Below, piece by piece: positions 25,363 through 38,249 of a DNA stretch of 64,000 nt (positions are counted from its first letter, which is position 1; each line of letters opens with the position of its first letter). The notes under the pieces are model-generated. The model was not told the origin of the DNA and made no database searches. It saw only the letters and a list, made by a program, of their open reading frames with translations. Source of the stretch: Spironucleus salmonicida (lineage: Eukaryota). Location of the stretch: the NCBI RefSeq assembly GCF_000497125.1, contig NC_090602.1, positions 372,001 to 436,000 on the forward strand, in the 5' to 3' direction. Made by a program: the position numbers and the translations under genes.

Positions 25363-25487
25363 TCTATGTAATAGATGAGGAATGGAAATTATAAATAAAT
25401 TAGATTATTATATTACATACAATCATTCTGTTCATAGAATTAAAAAGAAAAAGAGCATGAATATTAAGCTATAATATATAACTATAC

Positions 25488-26897
25488 TCATTATTATATT
25501 TATTCTATTAATGACGCTTATTCTCTTCCTGATTTAATCCAATCTATGATTAATCTTGTTAAATATCTGTTTTCACAGTATTATATATTTATGTCAGGTA
25601 ATATCCTTTTAAATAATCCACACCTTTTCTCCTCATCATATAATTACCAAATTACTCGCTTTTCATAGTCAGTTATTTTTGTTAAATCAATTTATTATTA
25701 ACCCTCTGACTAGCTCATTATAGGAGCTAAGGTATCACCACTTAGTCTAACGCCAACAATATCAAAAATTGTTTTCATGAGAGGATATTTTAATTTTTTA
25801 TCTAACTCAGTACTAGTACCTGTACTACACTACACATTAACTTCAAGTATTTGAATTTAACACGTCCTTGTGATTACTATATCGACACCATACATTGCTG
25901 CTACCTTTCTAGGAATAGCTAAACTAGTTTTTGCCATTTTACCTTTCAAATTGAGCTTAGGCTCAGATAGAATAAATATTTATTGTACTGCTTTTTCAAT
26001 TTCAGCTTTTATGTAAGAATATACCTTACCATCTCCATCAATAGTGTTTTCAATTGGAACTTCGTCAAACACACTCCGATTTTAGTCTAAATACTTAAAT
26101 AAGTCGTTAGCTAATTGTTTATACGCTATTTCTTCAATTGAGTCATCATCTTCATTCGTTGACTCTTCTTGTTGGTTGTATTTTGCTTTTTTATCTTCTT
26201 TATTTACTGCATAATTTGTTAAATGCATGCGTTTTTAATTTTTATTATCGCGAGAAGGTTTTTACCATTTTTAGGTCGCAAACCTTGCAATTCCATCATC
26301 GTATAAATATACTATTAATGGATCTACAGAGCTTAAAAATACGTACATCCGAAGATCAAATTTAAAACCGTTTACAAGTACTGGTTTCACATATTTTTAC
26401 AATACTGCTGCTCTTTGTTTTGGTATTTTACTATTTGCAGACATAATTTTGATCCCATTTCCACGTGCTTATAGCGCAGGTTTATAAAGGAATATTCCAG
26501 TATTGAGGGCTTTGAATGCATTACCCGCTTACTCAGGTAGAATATATGTCTCAGGTATGAGTTGTGTATGCTTCATCAGGCGTGCTAGATTGTCTTTTCG
26601 TCCGAAAATGGAACAACCAGGTACTTAGAAATAAATAGCGTTTTTTGGTAGTTACTAGTAGAATTCAGTAGATTTAGGACAACCCCATCCAATTTGAAAT
26701 GATCTAGGCTTTTTATCTTTGCGGATTACAAAGTTGTTGTCGATAAGTGTCTACTTTGTGCACAATGATGAGTTTCCTGATATAAACGCAACAAGCTTTA
26801 GATGCTGCTACTTTTATACATCATACGATTCTTCTTACACGAAACGCAGAATTGACCCGTCTGAGCTAATTTTTGGAAGTGATACATAATTCATCAT
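25488..26897 (-). CDS. Tubulin-tyrosine ligase-like protein (TTLL4/5-type glutamylase candidate)
   Basis: VPGCSIFGRKDNL, IPETYILP, YKPALQARGNGI, VLQKYV, GFKFDLRMYV, ILEVN; 469 aa. Confidence 0.93.
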
Positions 26898-27016
26898 TTC
26901 TAATAAGATTCCATTTATAAATCTAACTTATACTATATAATATTATATAGTAAATAATTTCAGAAACAAATTATGCGCAAATTTATATTAGTAGATAATA
27001 TAAATATAATATAAAA

Positions 27017-27322
27017 ATGGGATTTTTCAAAGCATTTACTCAGATAACCTGCTTCTTTTCAGTATTCATAGTAGGATTTTCGGCTTTGTAAATAAGCATA
27101 GATCCAAAAGCAGCATAAGAAGATGTGTTATTTTACTGGTTTTTATTTGGAGTTGCACTCATTGCAGATCATATTTTGTACTTCTTGCCATATTATTTTG
27201 TTTTAAAAGCCACATTTTTCATAATAATAGCCCAACCAGAGAGGTGCTAAAACCTGAGGCAGTAGTGGCTTCCTTTTATTATAAAATTTTCTCAACTGAA
27301 GTTCAAAAAGGAAATCGAATGA
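27017..27322 (+). CDS. TB2/DP1/HVA22 (REEP/Yop1) family membrane protein
   Basis: VLFYWFLFG...DHILYFLPYYFVLKATFFI; 101 aa. Confidence 0.75.
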
Positions 27323-27352
27323 TTATTATACATTAATTTTATTCTAAATTAA

Positions 27353-27967
27353 ATGGCCTTCTCACCAATGAAACAAAAGATGAATAGAGTTAAGAGACTA
27401 GTCAAGGCTAAGCTATATAATACTATGATATGTTATTTGCTAAGTTTAATTGTCAGTGTAAACTGGCGAATTGTAGTTTACAGGGCTCTAATAGGTCTGC
27501 ATGCTCTAGCAACGACATCGCTATATTGGCACATGATGAAGTTCCTAACTCACAACGATATTCCAATGAGCGTTGTTTTAACAGGGTCTATGGAACCAGG
27601 GTTCATACGTGGTGATGCCGTTGCTCTCTACACTCTTTTCGACTAAAAGCCAGTCGATGTTGGTGATATTGTGGTATGGAAAATGACACAAAAACCAGTA
27701 CCGATCGTACACAGAATTATTGAAAAGCGTATAATCGGTGACCAAATTGGTTATATTACAAAAGGGGATGCAAATGCTGATTCTGATGTTTAGTTGTACG
27801 ATAATGGACTTGTCTATATTTAGGATAAGGATTTAATGGCAACTGGGGATTTTTTGACACCTACACTTGGTTATTAGACTTTATATTATACAGAGTCGTT
27901 GTTGTATAGGTTTTATTACTTTTACAACATAGTATCAAGTGCTATTATGGGATATTATGCAGGATGA
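27353..27967 (+). CDS. SEC11: Signal peptidase complex catalytic subunit
   Basis: PMSVVLTGSMEPGFIRGD, DVGDIVVW, PIVHRII, TKGDAN; 204 aa. Confidence 0.95.
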
Positions 27968-27978
27968 TTTGTTATTTA

Positions 27979-29310
27979 TCACTCGTATTCATTAGCGTTT
28001 ATTTTCTAGTATCGGCCTTTTTTACCCTTAATACATTTGAATATAATAAATCCTACAATTCCTAGAAGTATAACAATGAAGACAACGCTACCAATGATAC
28101 TTCCAACATCTAAATTGCTGATTGGGATAAAATGTCCATTGTCCTCATCAAATCCATTTTTACCTCTCACAATGTGGAAATCATTTTCATATGTTTTATT
28201 ATTTACTCCATCTGTCATATTATAATTCTTTGGGATAATAGCATATGCATAACTCTCTATACAGAGATCATTATCACCTTCTTTAATATAAAAACTTCCT
28301 TGATTACCCCATTATGTACCCCATGAATTTCTAACTAACCATGCATTTATACCTTTAAATTTTCCATAACCTATGAAAATTACTTGATGATTACTTTTAC
28401 CAGATTTACAACCAATACCTTTAATGACATGTTTTCCATCATAGCTTGCTAACATCATTGAGGAAGTTGAAGTTTCGGTTGTATGAAGTGTTGTTACTAC
28501 TGCAATACCTCTTGCTAAGTAAGATTTAACCAAACTGGCATTAAACTTGGAGTTTGTCAGAAGTGAAATAACTGGAGTTGTACTAATGTCCATAGTTTAA
28601 AATTACTTACTAAGAGGAAATATCTTGAAAGGTAAAATTTGATCTTTTTTCGCTAATTTTGTTGTGAGATCATTGTTAATATTAAATTCATTTTGATGCG
28701 CAAAATAATCATAGGGATAGTTACTTTCAGCCTCCACCGTTGGAATAGCTATAGGATTACTCTAGATATAAGAAAACCCTGCGACTGCATCTCCACCAGA
28801 ACAGTAGTTGTTCATTCCTCTGATGTTAGATAGCAGAAATTAAGTTGATGTAAACAACTATTTGCCTCCTAAAGGCTCTAAATTTATTGTTTATTGATCA
28901 TGAAGTAGAGAATTTTCAAGAAGACCACTAATTCCAAAAGCCCAGCAACCACCACAAGATTATTAATCTCTTGAATGTGTCATAAGTCCTTACTCGCGTA
29001 AATCTACTGTTGGAGGTATAAGATCGAAAAGTGGGAGAATATTTTCAGCATAACAATAAATATTTTAACATGTAAAACCTTATGAAAACTCTTTCTCTAG
29101 CTTTATATGGTTAGAAAGACTTGAAAAATCTCGATCAAATATATGAGTTATTATACATTATGAACAATTTATAGATAGAAATTTGTTGTAATTGTTACAA
29201 AAAATATTTTGTCTGTATAGAGTAAAATCTTTATTATATTGTTATATAAACTCCAAATATGCTGGTTCGCATAATTTTGAGGATGGAATAAATCCTAAAA
29301 TTAAGATCAT
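27979..29310 (-). CDS. Papain-family (cathepsin L-like) cysteine protease with C-terminal TM
   Basis: PPTVDLRE, RDQQSCGGCWAF, CSGGD, SNHQV, WLVRNSWG, TM IIGSVVFIVILLGIVGFIIF; 443 aa. Confidence 0.93.
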
Positions 29311-29752
29311 TTATATGATTGTCAGAGATATATTTTATAAATTAATATATATAATAATCAAAAATATACAGATTATCGTATAGTTTTGAATCTATCAAAT
29401 ATTTATATAGTATGATTAAATAATAATTACATAAATATAATTTTAATAATATAATGTATACTTAAGCCACTAAAAATATTATCCCATCAATGCGATAATT
29501 TATATAGAATATTTTAGGAAATATCAGTAATTAAAACATTATGGGAGACGGTTAATCTTATATATGTGTGCTTATAAATCCGGTGTAATAGGAATGAGTA
29601 CCAAAGAAAATAATATCTAAATAAATTAACATATATAGAATCTTTATCAACATTGCAATCATTATCAAAAATCGATCGAGATTTCCAATTAAAAGGATTA
29701 ATTTAAATATTATAATTATAATATTTATTTACTTTCCACATTCCGCAAAATT

Positions 29753-32182
29753 ATGGACAAGCGTATTTCAGACTTTTTAGACTATCTTCAGATAAAGAAT
29801 GAATATGGTCAAACATTATATGGTCATCTAGCCTAAATTATAGCTAAACTACTCGACGATAAGCCAGCTAATGCAGTTGGTGCTATGACACCTATCTCTT
29901 TAGAAATTAAGAAAGCGGCTGGCGCATCAGAGTCAGAGAACTAATACGAGTCACAATTAACTTAAGAAGAGTATGAACTAGTTGAGCATATTCTTTCCTT
30001 ATATTAACGTAAAAACTAATCAATTAATAAATAAAAAACTTTACCTATGTAGTAAGAAAATAATACTAGGACAATAACTACAAACGTTATTTAATTAAAT
30101 GAATAATTGAAATTAGTAGGCTCGGGATTTGATGATTTAACTGCGTAGTTAATTTAAAAGCGGCTGGACACATTTGTAATAGAGCGTAAGGGATTTTTCT
30201 CAGAAGTTAAATTTTTTGGTAAATTTGACTGTAAAAAGGGTGATTATTGGGTTTTAGAGTGTTTACCTGCTAAAAATCGCAAGAAAATGTATAGATTCAA
30301 CGGTTAGGCATTATAATTTGATGAATTTAGCACTCCTAATAATTGTAAAAATCTATAGGCTTTTATTCCTGAAAAAAGAATTCACTTTTTAACAGAAAAA
30401 AAAGTTAAAAAGATGTAGGAGTATTTAGCAGGTATCATAGATAAAATAGATCCCGACCAACTCAACTTTGATCTGACTACAACCACACCACCTCCTAAGA
30501 TTACGGTTTAATCGATTTATCCTGCGGGTGATAATGTCCATTATCAAGGTGTAAATAAGTTTATTTACTTTGTTACAAAAGATTTGACAATTGAAAATAC
30601 AACATGGATTCGTCTTCCAGATATTGAAGCTAGATAATTAAGAGTTTCAAGATTTGTTAAAGCTAGGCTTAGTGGTGATCTTACTATCCGACCATGGGAT
30701 AAAATACCTCCTTTCCCTGGTTGTGAAGCACATTTCCTTAGATGTCTTATTGCCAGAATTAAACATGGAGCTACATTAGCACCGGCACCTTGTTTAGCTA
30801 TGCCCGAAGATCCTGAAGTTGAGGAAGAAGAATTAGATGATAAGCAATAGGAAATTGAGAAAAAGAAAAGATTCATGGACCCTAATATTGTAAATAACTG
30901 TTTCAAAGATGATATCGAAGTTGATGAAATGGAACAAAAACGATTAAATAAACATTTATTAATGTGGCCTGCTATAAATAAAGAAATAGATGCTATTGAA
31001 TATGAAGAGCTGTTATCCTTAGATAATTGGGTTCATACATGTCCTATTCTTTCTCACCGTGGTATAGTTTTACCATTTGAGTTACCTGAAGATGCGGAAC
31101 CTGAGGAAGAACCTGAAGAGGAACCCGAAGCTGAAGAAGAAGAAGTTCAAAAAGAAGAAGACGAAGTAATAGAGGAGTAACATGAAGGAGAAGAAGAAAA
31201 AGGTGAAGAAGATGAAGAGGCCCAACCTATTGATATTGGTCCTTCAGCTAAAGAAAGATTGGATGCACTATATAAGGAAGCAGATTAAAAGCGTATACTT
31301 GATGAAAACGCAATAGCTGTAAAAGAAATTACCAAGACTAAGGTAAAATTTATTGCCCCCGCTCCCCATTGGCAATTAGTAAGAGATCCATGGGATGCCC
31401 CTATTAAGGAAAATAAGGGAATATATATAATGGACAGATTTTTTGGCTTAGAAATTAACCCTGTTGATATTTAATGCAGGCAGTAGGAATTACCTGAAAA
31501 AGAATAGTTATATTGGGATAAATAACAAGAAGTAGAAGATAAATTGAAGGAGTAAGATGAAACTTTAAATGAAGGTGATTTCTATGATGAAGAAAAAGAG
31601 CTTCCACAAGGTGATAGGCCAGAATAAATGGCTGCTGCGTCTGGAGATTCAGAAATAATTATTCATACAAATAAAAAACAAGAGATCAACATTGCTAGCG
31701 AGTTACCTAAAGTGCCTCCTTATAAGGTTATTACTAACAAACTTTTATATAAGAACTCCCCCGTTGCAATTGCCTCATAGCGTTGGAATGGTCTGCTTAA
31801 TATTGTATACAATCATTCGAACCAGGATGTCATAGCATTTGCTTCTGTTTATATTGGTGATGGACAGTAAACGAATTAAATTAATAGTTTTGATTAAATG
31901 AGGTTCTGCTTACCTCCTCCAATGTGTATCCCACCGAATGATCTTTTGGAAGAACCGGATCTTATACATGAATTAGAAAAGGAAGTATAAGAAAGAGAAG
32001 GTGATATGGAACAAAAGGATCGTGATAAGATTGCTAATATTAAAGCAGAGAGAGCCGAGAAAAAGAGATTAAGAATTGAAGATAAGAAAGCTAAAGAGGA
32101 AGCAGCTAGGCTTGCTTTAGAAGAGAAGCATGAAGGTGAAGAAGAGGAAAAATAAGAGGCTGAAGTTGCACCTACAGAGTGA
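29753..32182 (+). CDS. Radial spoke head protein (RSPH4/6 family)
   Basis: LYGHLAQIIAKLLDDKPANA, VKFFGK, GVNKFIYFV, WIRLPD, PPFPGCEAHFLRCLIARIKHGA, LDNWVH, SQRWNG, ASVYIGDG; acidic inserts; 809 aa. Confidence 0.92.
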
Positions 32183-32195
32183 TATAAAATTAATC

Positions 32196-32585
32196 TCACA
32201 CGTACCAACTATCATATTAATTTTAGTCTATCAAGAACAGAACGATGAATACAATAGCTACGCCACATAAAACAAACCCACCAACAACAAACCAATCATA
32301 AAATACGATTTGTTGATTTTTGTACATTTCTAATTCTAACTCTCTCCTACGTGATTAAAGTTGCTGTGATCTTTGTAATTTTGAATCATTTAGCCTAGAA
32401 TGAAGCGAAGATGTAGATAGATTGCTCCCGAAAGACGAATTTGACAGATTTGATTTATTCAAATTCGACTAGGAATGTTATAATGTAACTAATGAATTCA
32501 GTAATATCAACTAGTCCTAAGGAGAATCAGGAATAGTATCTGCTCCCAAAGTCTCCAAACAAGATTTGAGCAACTGTTAGTCCAT
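32196..32585 (-). CDS. Small membrane protein, 129 aa
   Basis: Code-6 ORF with Ser-rich linker and C-terminal TM WFVVGGFVLCGVAIVFIVLFLI. Confidence 0.7.
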
Positions 32586-32664
32586 TTAATTTACTCGCAA
32601 ACTTTTAACCTATAATTATATATAATACTAAATTAATTTTTCACTCCACTATTCTTTCCATAAG

Positions 32665-33495
32665 ATGTCAAAACATGTTTGGTCGGCTCACCAAGTCCTG
32701 TCGATCCAAAACAGCCATATTATCGGCGATAATTCCTAATTTAAATAGGATATCGAGCGCCTATGTCCACACGCAAAACCTGAATAGAAATTTAACGACG
32801 AAGATGCAAAGTCCCAGATAACAGTTATTGCACGCCAGCGTAACTGCGACTCAATCGCATTTTTTGAAACAAAACGTTTCAAAGATCTATTCCTCTACCT
32901 CGCTACCACATCTGGCCCAACACTGAAGCTCCAGGTCATAGAGAAAACGACCTAGAATTCGGTTAAGTTCGACGGCGACTTTTTTGTCAAAACGAGACCT
33001 CTTCTGAACTTTGACGCTTCATTCGACGATAAGTTGCATCTTAGGATTGCGAAAGAGCTCTTTAAACGACAGTTTTCTACTCCAAATTTACATTATAAAT
33101 CTGCTCCGTTTGTCGATCATTTAATCCAGTTCACAGTTGTTGACAAGGCTACTTCCCGCATTGAAATGCGCGTTTTTTCTTTCGATTTCGATCCGTTGGC
33201 TAAGAAAGTCGAAATTGGCGAGGATGTAAAGCTGAAGGAATGCGGTCCTTTCGTGGTTTTCCTACCTGTTTCCGTATACTCAGGGGCACTATCTGGTGAT
33301 ATGATATGGAAAAATGAAAAATATGCCACGCCTGGCATGGCCAGTTTGCAGAAGAAGAAGGATATTGTGAACTAGGTCACGAGGAGGGAGGTAAAGAGGA
33401 GAATAGCGAAAAAGTAGCCTAAAGATTGTGAAATTGACCCAATAGACGCTGTATTTACAGAAGCTGGCTTTGTACAAGCGTTTTAAGACGAATGA
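32665..33495 (+). CDS. BRX1: Ribosome biogenesis protein Brx1 (Brix domain)
   Basis: CPHAKPE, NCDSIAFFETKRFKDLFLYL, GPT, RPLLNFDASFD, KSAPFVDH, LKECGP; 276 aa. Confidence 0.92.
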
Positions 33496-33504
33496 ATAAA
33501 TGTT

Positions 33505-34224
33505 TCACTTTTTAAAACCTCTGTTTGCTTGTTTAGGCGTTACGCTATCAAAGTTTCTGCTATTTTTCTGAGAAAACGATGAATTTCTGGATCCTTAGCT
33601 CTTAAAGGTACTCTTCCTGTATTGGTTTAATTCACTAATTTTTAGGCCTTTAAATTATTGAGTTTCATCTTCTTCTTTAATTTCAACTTCCTCTATTTTT
33701 AGTGGCAATCCACAATAAAAACCATCATTAAACTTAATTTTTTTAGCAAATATCTAAATATTTTTCTCAAATTTTTCAATTTGGGATTTAATTTCAGATT
33801 TGACCCAAAATTGTATCAGATATGATTTCTCTTTAATTTTAATGTATATTCCATTTACTATTTAGTCATTATTTAATAAAGTTATATTAATGAAAATTAA
33901 AATGATCCAATTGAGCCTTTCACCGCTTAAGTTACCGCGATCAAACGTGAATTCAATATTCCTGGCACTATCGTTGTTAGAATCCTCCCATTTATTTTCA
34001 ATACCTTTCTTAAAAAGTGTAATATTTGCGTTGTATATTTGATCGAAAGGAGGCATTTCATTTATTGCTACAATCAGTTCACGGTAATTTTATGTTACTT
34101 ATGTTATTGGAGTATATGACTAAATGAAATCGTTTAGACCGTAAGAAAGCTAATCTTTTACCATAAACTGCCAGACCCATGCAGTTTTCAAGAGGAGTGG
34201 TGGCCTGTTAAAACTAAGAGTCAT
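33505..34224 (-). CDS. Translation initiation factor eIF4E family protein
   Basis: LKTAWVWQF, LFKKGIENKWEDSNN, LNW, VNGIYI, LIQFWV; 239 aa. Confidence 0.85.
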
Positions 34225-34292
34225 TCAAAGGAAGGGTATCAAAGGAAAGAAATATTAGGTTTAATATCATATAATAGTAAATAAAATAATTT

Positions 34293-36116
34293 TCACCAGT
34301 ATACATCACCTGTTAATATTGGTCCTTTAAATTTTTTAGGGGTATGGATAAAAGTTGGCTCCACAAAACTATCTTTAAAATCATTTCTTTTTTTGGCGAT
34401 CTCAAATTAACGGATTTTTAGCTATTTTTAATTCCAAATTTCTTAACTATTTCGCTCTAAATTAGCTTTTTCTGGTATTCTACCAATCATTTTCAATGTG
34501 TATGGACTGAGTCTCGGTGTAAAACTAAAGCTGTCTTGGATGGGGGTGCGAGGTCGTACTGGTGTGCCGATTTTACTTGCTATTTATTTAGATTTTTCAT
34601 TGATTCTTGGTTGAAAATTTGGTGCATTTTAAAGTTACTTTTAATCTAATTTTGTAATTTTCGATTGTTAAAACGATGATTATCTAGATAAAAACTAATT
34701 TAACTGCCCAGGTGATATAGGTCTAGTTTTATTCTACATTGGTGTGTTCTGTGATGTATTTTAGGCATTTTTAGAACGCTAGAAAAGGCGCTCTGATGCA
34801 TTTTAGGATATATAGGCTTGATAATGAGAGGACCCTGTATATTTTGATAACTTAGGATTGAATGAAGGCGTTAGTGGTTAAATTGAAGTGGAGTTTTAGG
34901 ATTATTTAACAGGTGTCAACGACGCATTTGAAGCATAAATAACTTTTTATGGTGTCCTAACAGTATTAATCTTTGGTTTAAAAGTACAATTTTTTGATTT
35001 ATTCTAAATATATTCTGATAACGTTTTAGAAGGCTTATGTAACGATTGTTGCATATAGTTTTTATTTATTATGGGTTGGAATGACCATTGTTCTTCAGGT
35101 ATTTTATTTTGTTCTTTTTATTATTATATTTTCTAAAGAGCATGTTCTTTTAACAATAATTAACGTTGATAAATAGAATTAAACTTTTGCTACAGTTATA
35201 CTTCAGTAGGTAGTCTAGGGGTTAATGCTGGAGATTTGTTTGAAAATTGACTACTATTAATCTTTTATTAACTATTTGACCTATATGATGATTATCTTAA
35301 TTACTAAACTTAACTCAAACTTTTCTACAAACTTGATTGATTTGATATATCTTTATGACTTTATTCATAAATATTATTAACAATTTATGCTTATCTAGGT
35401 AAATTTGAGGCATTCAAACGATTTTATAATTTTGGAGTTGATAACCGTTCAACAAGTGATTATTGATACAATTTTGTTTATTTTATAGGGGTACTATAAT
35501 TATTAATAGGTTTTTAGTTTGTATTTGCAACTTCAGCTAGCATATTGTTAAAAAGATCGATCTCATCATTAAAATGTTACTAGGACTACTATTTAAGTTA
35601 CTGAATGTTATTAAAAGGCTTAGGTAGGCGAGTAACTTTTTTTGTAGATTAATACTGTGGTTTTGCTTCAAAATATTAAGTGTTAACGATCGGTGCCGAG
35701 CTATCTAATTGCTCAAAATCCTCCATACAAGAAAGAACTGAATTCTGCTCAGACATTTTTTATTAAGGCAAATAACTTTTTGTTATTGGAATAGAAATAA
35801 ACTCGATAGGTTAAGGTGGAGTTTCTGCATATGATGTAATAATATCATCACAAACTTCGCTAATATTTTGATTCAATTCTAATTATTAATTAACAGAAGT
35901 ATCTCTTCGATCAGAAATGAAAGTATCATCATCCACATCTTCTAACTCATTTACATTTACAATATTCTCTGCTGGACCAGTTGTTGATTTCAAAAGATCT
36001 TCTAAAGACTTCACTGGAGTTTCAATATTATCCACTTAATTTTGAATTCCAGACTATTCCATTGCTAGAAGATCTGTAGCTGAAATTATATTGTCTTGTC
36101 CATATAGGAAATTCAT
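34293..36116 (-). CDS. Hypothetical protein with repeated F-x-P-x-[IL] motifs (cytoskeletal-type), 607 aa
   Basis: WSFQPIINK, CTFQPKINT, PSFNPKLSK, PNFQPRINE, FSFTPRLSP; acidic N-terminus. Confidence 0.75.
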
Positions 36117-36166
36117 TTTAAAATATAAGGCGTATTATAATATAATATATTTCATTTAATTATATA

Positions 36167-36565
36167 ATGAATAAAGCGGAATAGTTTTAAGCAGGTTTAA
36201 TGGTTAGCTAAATGCGTACGCTAAAACAATCCATGGAAGATTTTAATACTCTTTATGCTGAAGCTAGCTAGACAGCTTTACCTATCGATAAAGAAGCAAT
36301 TTTTGTTGCTATTCGTCTGCGTATTTCGTAGATAGATGATGCTACAAAAACTCTCATTGGAATTAAAAAATATATAAATAAAGAAAACCTTAGCTATATT
36401 TAGGAAATTTCAACTAAATTAAGCCATTTTGCTTATTAAGTACTGTTAGAAAGCGATGTTTAGGATTTATATTTTAGTGATGTTGGAAAGTTGCCAGTTG
36501 GGTAGTGCGAATAATATTTAGATGAATTAAAGTTTTTCCATATTCAAAGTACATTTTCGTAGTGA
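36167..36565 (+). CDS. Hypothetical protein, 132 aa
   Basis: Code-6 ORF MNKAEQFQAG...STFSQ* ending TAG-TGA. Confidence 0.7.
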
Positions 36566-36860
36566 TATATATTGGGTTAAGTTTAAGGTAAGTTTCTATG
36601 TTAAATGCTTACATCTGTTCAAGAGCCACAATAATTTTAGTTTTTATTGTTTATTTTATTGTTTAATACAATCTTTTATACTAATTTCCCAATTTTCTAT
36701 GAATAGGTAATTAATTTATTAATATTCACAAAGATAAATTACTCTAACCTAGTAATATCTTTACAATATGATATATTAAGGTGTCCTTATTATAATCACA
36801 ATTGTATATTAATTTTATCTCTCTAATAAGTATATATAATTGAATTTATATTCCTGTAGA

Positions 36861-38207
36861 ATGTTATATAAATTTATCAAGCCAAGTGCAACCTCATTTC
36901 CAAAGCTGATTCCATTATTTCTAATTATAACAATTATAATTTAATATGACGAATCTACATACCCCCTTGCGCTACCAGTCATCCAAGAAAAAATGCACAT
37001 TGACCCAACGCTGTCAAATTGGCTGATAACATCATATTTTCTAGGAACTGCTGCATTTTCCATCCCATTTAGTAAATTTTCACAGCAATTTGGTATCTGC
37101 AGAACCAGCTATGTTTTACTGTCATTGACGGGTATTTTTTACTTTATATCTTATTTTATCACCAATATTTACCTGTTGATAATCTTGCGGTTCCTAGTAG
37201 GCTGTAGCTCTGCAGGTTTGCACTCAATCAGGAATTCCATGAGTGCGATTTATGCGAAAGATCGCAATTTTTCCATCAATGCCACTCTGGTCCTGAAAAG
37301 CGTTCTACTCGCTGTGTGCCCTACTGCCGGCAGCCTATTCATTCAATACTGTGGAATTGGGAGCATTTTCCTCGTTCCGGGGTCCTGCTGCATTCTTAGC
37401 ATTTTAGGAATGCTGTGCGTCGAAGAGTGGCGCGTGGAGACACATCTGAAATTCGACTTCCTGGGCAGCCTAGTGCTTAGCGTAGTACTCGTCTGTGTGA
37501 ATTTGGCGCTCACTCTGGCAGGGAACGGACTGTTTACTTTTGCATTTCTCAGCCTCACTGCCTCGTGTGCACTTGGCGCGCTGCTGTGCTGCCTTGAGAA
37601 GCGACATCCGAATCCTATTTTGCGCGCGGACTTCCTCAAACCCGTGAGATTCACGCTGGTGCTGAATGTCGTCAACTATTATTTGTAGAACAGTCTCAGC
37701 TTCGTGTTCCCTCAGATGCTGAAAGCGCTGGGGTACTCCACGACCCAGGTCGGGTTGCTGCAGTCATGTGCAGCAGCTGGGGGTATCGCTGCAACTGCAC
37801 TATCCGCAGTGCTCCTCCAGCGGCTTTCTTTGGGCGTTTTGCTCGTGGTGAGCTACTTGCTTTTCGTGCTGACAGTGATCGGTGGGATGCTGACGCGAGA
37901 ATCACCGATATTCGCACTGATAATGACTAGTTTTTTCGCGCTAGGTCTCGCGTCAACCACTTACGGGTAGATTTTAGTTCAGGCCCCTCCAGACTTGCTG
38001 CCTGCGATCTCGGGACTGCCAACATCGACGCGTATGGTGGGAAGCGCGCTAGCGTACTCGTTAAGCTCGATAGGGTGGACCCTGGGCAGAGAAATCATTG
38101 TTTTTGTATTTGTAACTGCGCTTGCTTGTGTTGCATTAGGACTATCAGCGCACATTTTTAGGATCAATTAATCCAAGTAGATACAGAATTTTGAGCTGAG
38201 TATTTGA
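36861..38207 (+). CDS. Major facilitator superfamily transporter (EmrB/QacA DHA2-like)
   Basis: LALPVIQE...SNWLITSYFLG, LIILRFLVG, KFDFLGSLVL, EKRHPNPIL, RMVGSALA; TAG breaks in the ORF track read through; 448 aa. Confidence 0.93.
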
Positions 38208-38249
38208 TAGCATTTATTATATATTAATTTAAATGTACCACTTTATTTA

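Noticed and set aside
31085-31220. gaacctgaa/gaagaa repeats
   Set aside because: Simply encode the acidic EPEEEPEEE insert of the radial spoke head protein; not a CRISPR array or satellite.
36861-38207. Bacterial contamination suggested by the GC-rich MFS gene and HCP
   Set aside because: Both use TAA/TAG as Gln and sit between clearly eukaryotic genes with host-type AT-rich spacers.
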